DNA of 64,000 nucleotides from Chloroflexota bacterium. GTDB lineage: Bacteria > Chloroflexota > Chloroflexia > QHBQ01. The notes beneath the pieces are model-generated. The model did not search any database and was not told where the DNA came from. It saw only the letters and a program-made list of their open reading frames with translations. Of this stretch, positions 61,577 through 64,000 are shown piece after piece. A program made the translations under genes and the position numbers. The stretch is taken from NCBI GenBank assembly GCA_043754535.1, contig JAYUUN010000071.1, positions 24,115 through 88,114 of the forward strand, in the 5' to 3' direction. Positions within the stretch are counted from its first letter, which is position 1. Each line of letters starts with the position of its first letter.

Positions 61577-62854
61577 TTAGCCTCCCCAGCCGCGAGTAAG
61601 CAGCGTTTGATCCTCTTGTTTGGCCTTGACCCGGTAGAGGGCGCGCACGATATAGTCGGCGGCAACAAATAGCAAGATCAAACCCTGGATCAAGGAGATG
61701 ATGTCAATTGGGATGCCAGTGCTTAGTTGCATATCACCCGCCCCGCTTTTGAGAGAGCCGAGTAGGAAGGCTGCCGCCACCACGCCGAAGGGGTTGTTCT
61801 TGCCCAGCAAAGCAACAGTGATGCTATCAAAGCCGTAGCCAGCACTGAAACCCGCCGTGTGGTAGTGGTTCACACCCGTCACCTCTACCGCCCCAGCCAG
61901 CCCCGCCAGCAGCCCGCTGAGGGTGAGGCCGAGGATGGTAATGCGGTTGACGCTGATCCCTGCGTATTTAGCAGCGTTGGGGTTTGCCCCCACTGTGCGT
62001 AGCTCAAAGCCAGTGGTGCTGCGCCACAGCAGCCAGTAGACGGCGGCAGCGGCAAGCAGAGCGAGGACAGTGCCGAGGTGGACTTCCTTCAGGTGCGTGC
62101 TGGTCGGGATCAGCACAGGCAGGTAGGCAGAGGTAGCAATGTCGGGAGTACGTACCTGACCCTGACCAGGTTTAACCTGGTTGAGAACATAGGCGACGAT
62201 CTGAGCGGCGATGTAGTTGAGCATGATCGTGGTGATCACCTCGTGCGCTCCCCGCCGCGCCTTGAGGAAGCCAGGGATGAAGCCCCAGATCGCCCCAGCG
62301 AACATTCCCGCCAGCAGCGCGAGCGGCAGGTGGATGATCCCTGGCAGGCCAACGAAGGTGGGCGCGAAGCCTACGTAGGCAGCAGCGAGGGAGCCGAGGG
62401 CTAGCTGTCCCTCCGCCCCGATGTTGAACAGACCGGCGCGGAAGCCGAGGGCGAGGGCAAGACCAACGAAGATGTAGGGGGTAGCGGTGACAATGCTGGC
62501 GGCCAGCGCATCCCACGACCCGAACGCCCCATGCAAGAGGCCGCCATAGCCCGCAAAGACCAGTTCCAAACCCTGCTTGCCCGCCGACGGACCCTGCCGC
62601 GGGGCGAGGGCTGCTGTCAGCATGATCAGCACAGCCCCAATCACCAGGGCGGTAAACACCGCCAGAGCTGGCACGATCAGGGCTTGCAGAGCCGACAGCC
62701 CAAGCTGGCCCAGGCCACCCCTCGGCGACCCTGGCCCTGGTTTGCCACCAGTACTATCGCTGCTGGCGGGGCGGGTGGCGTACTGGTCGTGGTCGGCCAG
62801 TTCGATCTTATCGGTCGCCTGGGGGCGATCCTCTATGCGCGGTTCTGTGTCCAA
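61577..62854 (-). CDS. ABC transporter permease (BPD_transp_2 type, NupB/YufP-like) with a disordered N-terminal extension
   Basis: 425 aa. ...GFRAGLFNIGAEGQLALG... core motif, about 10 TM helices. Confidence 0.85.
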   Translation of the reverse strand: MDTEPRIEDRPQATDKIELADHDQYATRPASSDSTGGKPGPGSPRGGLGQLGLSALQALIVPALAVFTALVIGAVLIMLTAALAPRQGPSAGKQGLELVFAGYGGLLHGAFGSWDALAASIVTATPYIFVGLALALGFRAGLFNIGAEGQLALGSLAAAYVGFAPTFVGLPGIIHLPLALLAGMFAGAIWGFIPGFLKARRGAHEVITTIMLNYIAAQIVAYVLNQVKPGQGQVRTPDIATSAYLPVLIPTSTHLKEVHLGTVLALLAAAAVYWLLWRSTTGFELRTVGANPNAAKYAGISVNRITILGLTLSGLLAGLAGAVEVTGVNHYHTAGFSAGYGFDSITVALLGKNNPFGVVAAAFLLGSLKSGAGDMQLSTGIPIDIISLIQGLILLFVAADYIVRALYRVKAKQEDQTLLTRGWGG

Positions 62855-62960
62855 ACTGCACCTCTAGGGGCTGAGGTGGGAGGGGTCAGTTGTCTAACCC
62901 CATGACAAGCAGCACGCCCCGGGGTGGAGCGGGCTGCCCAGACGAAGGTGAGGGTTTAGG

Positions 62961-64000
62961 TTACTTTGGCTTGACTGGCGAAACGCCCGTCTTGATCGCA
63001 CCGCTGTCCAGACCCTGCTTGGTCTGATCCAACTTGGTCTTGATCGCCGCAGTGACAACTGCATCGAGGTCGTGGAAGGGAGCGAGGGCGACGGTGCCGT
63101 AGTTGTTACCGCCCTTGAGCGAACCACTAGCAGCGGACATGATCAGCTTCATCGTGCCGCTGGAGAGTTCCTTGGTCGCGCTGCTGAGCAGCACCTTCTG
63201 CGCGGCAGCGAGGGTCATGTACTGGTCGGTGTCTACGCCAATAGCGTAGATCGGCTTGTCGGCAGTGGTGGTCTGGGCCACGCCTTCAAGTGCGCCGTTG
63301 CCGGTCTTGCCGCCGCAGCCAAAGATCACGTCGGCCCCGCCGCTGATCAACTGCTTGGCAGTCGCTGCGCCCCAGGCCGGGTCGTTGAAGGCGTTGGTGT
63401 CCTCGTGGTAGATTAGCGAAACCTTGATGTCGGCCTTGACCGACTTCGCGCCCGCCTTGTAGCCTTCGCCGAAGCGGTAAACCGGCGGCACGTTGTCGGT
63501 GCCGAGGACAGCCCCGATGCTGCCCGACTTGCTGACGCTAGCGGCTAGCACGCCAGCCAGGTAGCCCGACTGATCCTCGTTGAAGACTAGACCAGCGTAG
63601 TTGGCCGGGGCAGCAGCGTCGCCGATGAACTGGTCAACGCCGATGAACTTGATGTTTGGGTTGGCGACGGCGGCCTTCTGTGTCCCCTCGGCCAACAGGA
63701 AGCCAACGGTCACGATGATATTGTACTTCTGATCCACGAACTTCTGGATGTTGGTGGCGTAGTCCTTCGGGTCAACCGTCTCGATGTACTGCACGGTGTA
63801 GCTGCACTTCTTGGCCGCTGCCTGCACACCCTCCCAGGCCGACTGGTTGAAGCCCTTGTCATCAACCTTGCCTACATCGGTTACAAGACCCACTTTGGCC
63901 TTCTCGTTGCCGCAGCCGGCCATGTCCATGCTGCCGCCCATCACCTGGGTGGCTGCACCAACTACTGCCGTGCTGGCGTTTGCTACTACCGTGTTTGCGC
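62961..64000 (-). CDS. BMP-family (PnrA/Med-like) ABC substrate-binding protein; the true N-terminus may lie beyond the window
   Basis: KVGLVTDVGKVDDKGFNQSAWEGV...IVTVGFLL...GVDTDQY are BMP-family motifs. The track ORF ends at 63944, but the frame stays open to position 64000. The Cys in ...DMAGCGNEK is not preceded by a typical lipobox h-region. Confidence 0.8.
   Translation of the reverse strand, partial: ANTVVANASTAVVGAATQVMGGSMDMAGCGNEKAKVGLVTDVGKVDDKGFNQSAWEGVQAAAKKCSYTVQYIETVDPKDYATNIQKFVDQKYNIIVTVGFLLAEGTQKAAVANPNIKFIGVDQFIGDAAAPANYAGLVFNEDQSGYLAGVLAASVSKSGSIGAVLGTDNVPPVYRFGEGYKAGAKSVKADIKVSLIYHEDTNAFNDPAWGAATAKQLISGGADVIFGCGGKTGNGALEGVAQTTTADKPIYAIGVDTDQYMTLAAAQKVLLSSATKELSSGTMKLIMSAASGSLKGGNNYGTVALAPFHDLDAVVTAAIKTKLDQTKQGLDSGAIKTGVSPVKPK

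Noticed and set aside
62961-63944. Treating 63944 as the true start of the BMP substrate-binding protein and ...MAGC as its lipobox.
   Set aside because: The frame remains open to the window edge. The residues before the Cys (GGSMDMAGC) lack a hydrophobic h-region. The real N-terminus is probably upstream of position 64000, so the feature is reported as possibly partial.

Overview
A 64-kb, roughly 60% GC, gene-dense chromosomal segment with about 52 protein genes. I saw no rRNA, tRNA, CRISPR array, transposase or integrase. The gene content suggests a Chloroflexota-like bacterium, but the taxon cannot be fixed from this window. Supporting features are several SLH-anchored exoproteins with Thr/Pro linkers, many GT-C membrane glycosyltransferases, a b6-type bc complex, extended -10 promoters and one leaderless gene.

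Layout:
- 1-1.8 kb: thiol-redox operon (glutaredoxin-like, DUF2085, CcdA).
- 2-5 kb: SLH/beta-propeller exoprotein.
- 5.4-12.4 kb: housekeeping genes (CAP-domain protein, MurJ, GNAT, RpsT, PgpH-like HD hydrolase, YqeY).
- 12.5-25 kb: one co-directional respiratory supercluster. It holds a small TM peptide, cytochrome b6-like, subunit-IV-like, Rieske, diheme cytochrome c, a membrane-anchored EB_dh/DOMON-like domain protein, cbb3-type CcoN, a CcoO-CcoP-like fusion, a CcoS-like protein and several small membrane proteins. It ends with a 731-aa protein made of three tandem copies of the heme-copper-oxidase helix I-IV module.
- 25-34 kb: glycosylation block (GT87-like, orphan ChlI-like AAA+ ATPase, polyprenyl-phosphate GT2, GT2-GT4 fusion, PMT/GT39-like GT-C).
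- 34-41.7 kb: SLH propeller protein, M23 peptidase, coaD-rsmD, YprB-like exonuclease-TPR protein, YhhQ.
- 41.7-52.2 kb: LuxE-like enzyme, an HTH-NB-ARC-TPR STAND regulator, and two very large SLH-anchored proteins (LamG and glycoside-hydrolase-like).
- 52.2-64 kb: small genes, two tandem paralogous polytopic membrane proteins, and a BMP-type ABC transporter operon with an embedded orphan gene.

The most unusual items are the triplicated HCO-like membrane protein and the fused bc + cbb3 operon with non-canonical extra components. All functional calls come from motif recognition by eye on the supplied translations. No database search was run.
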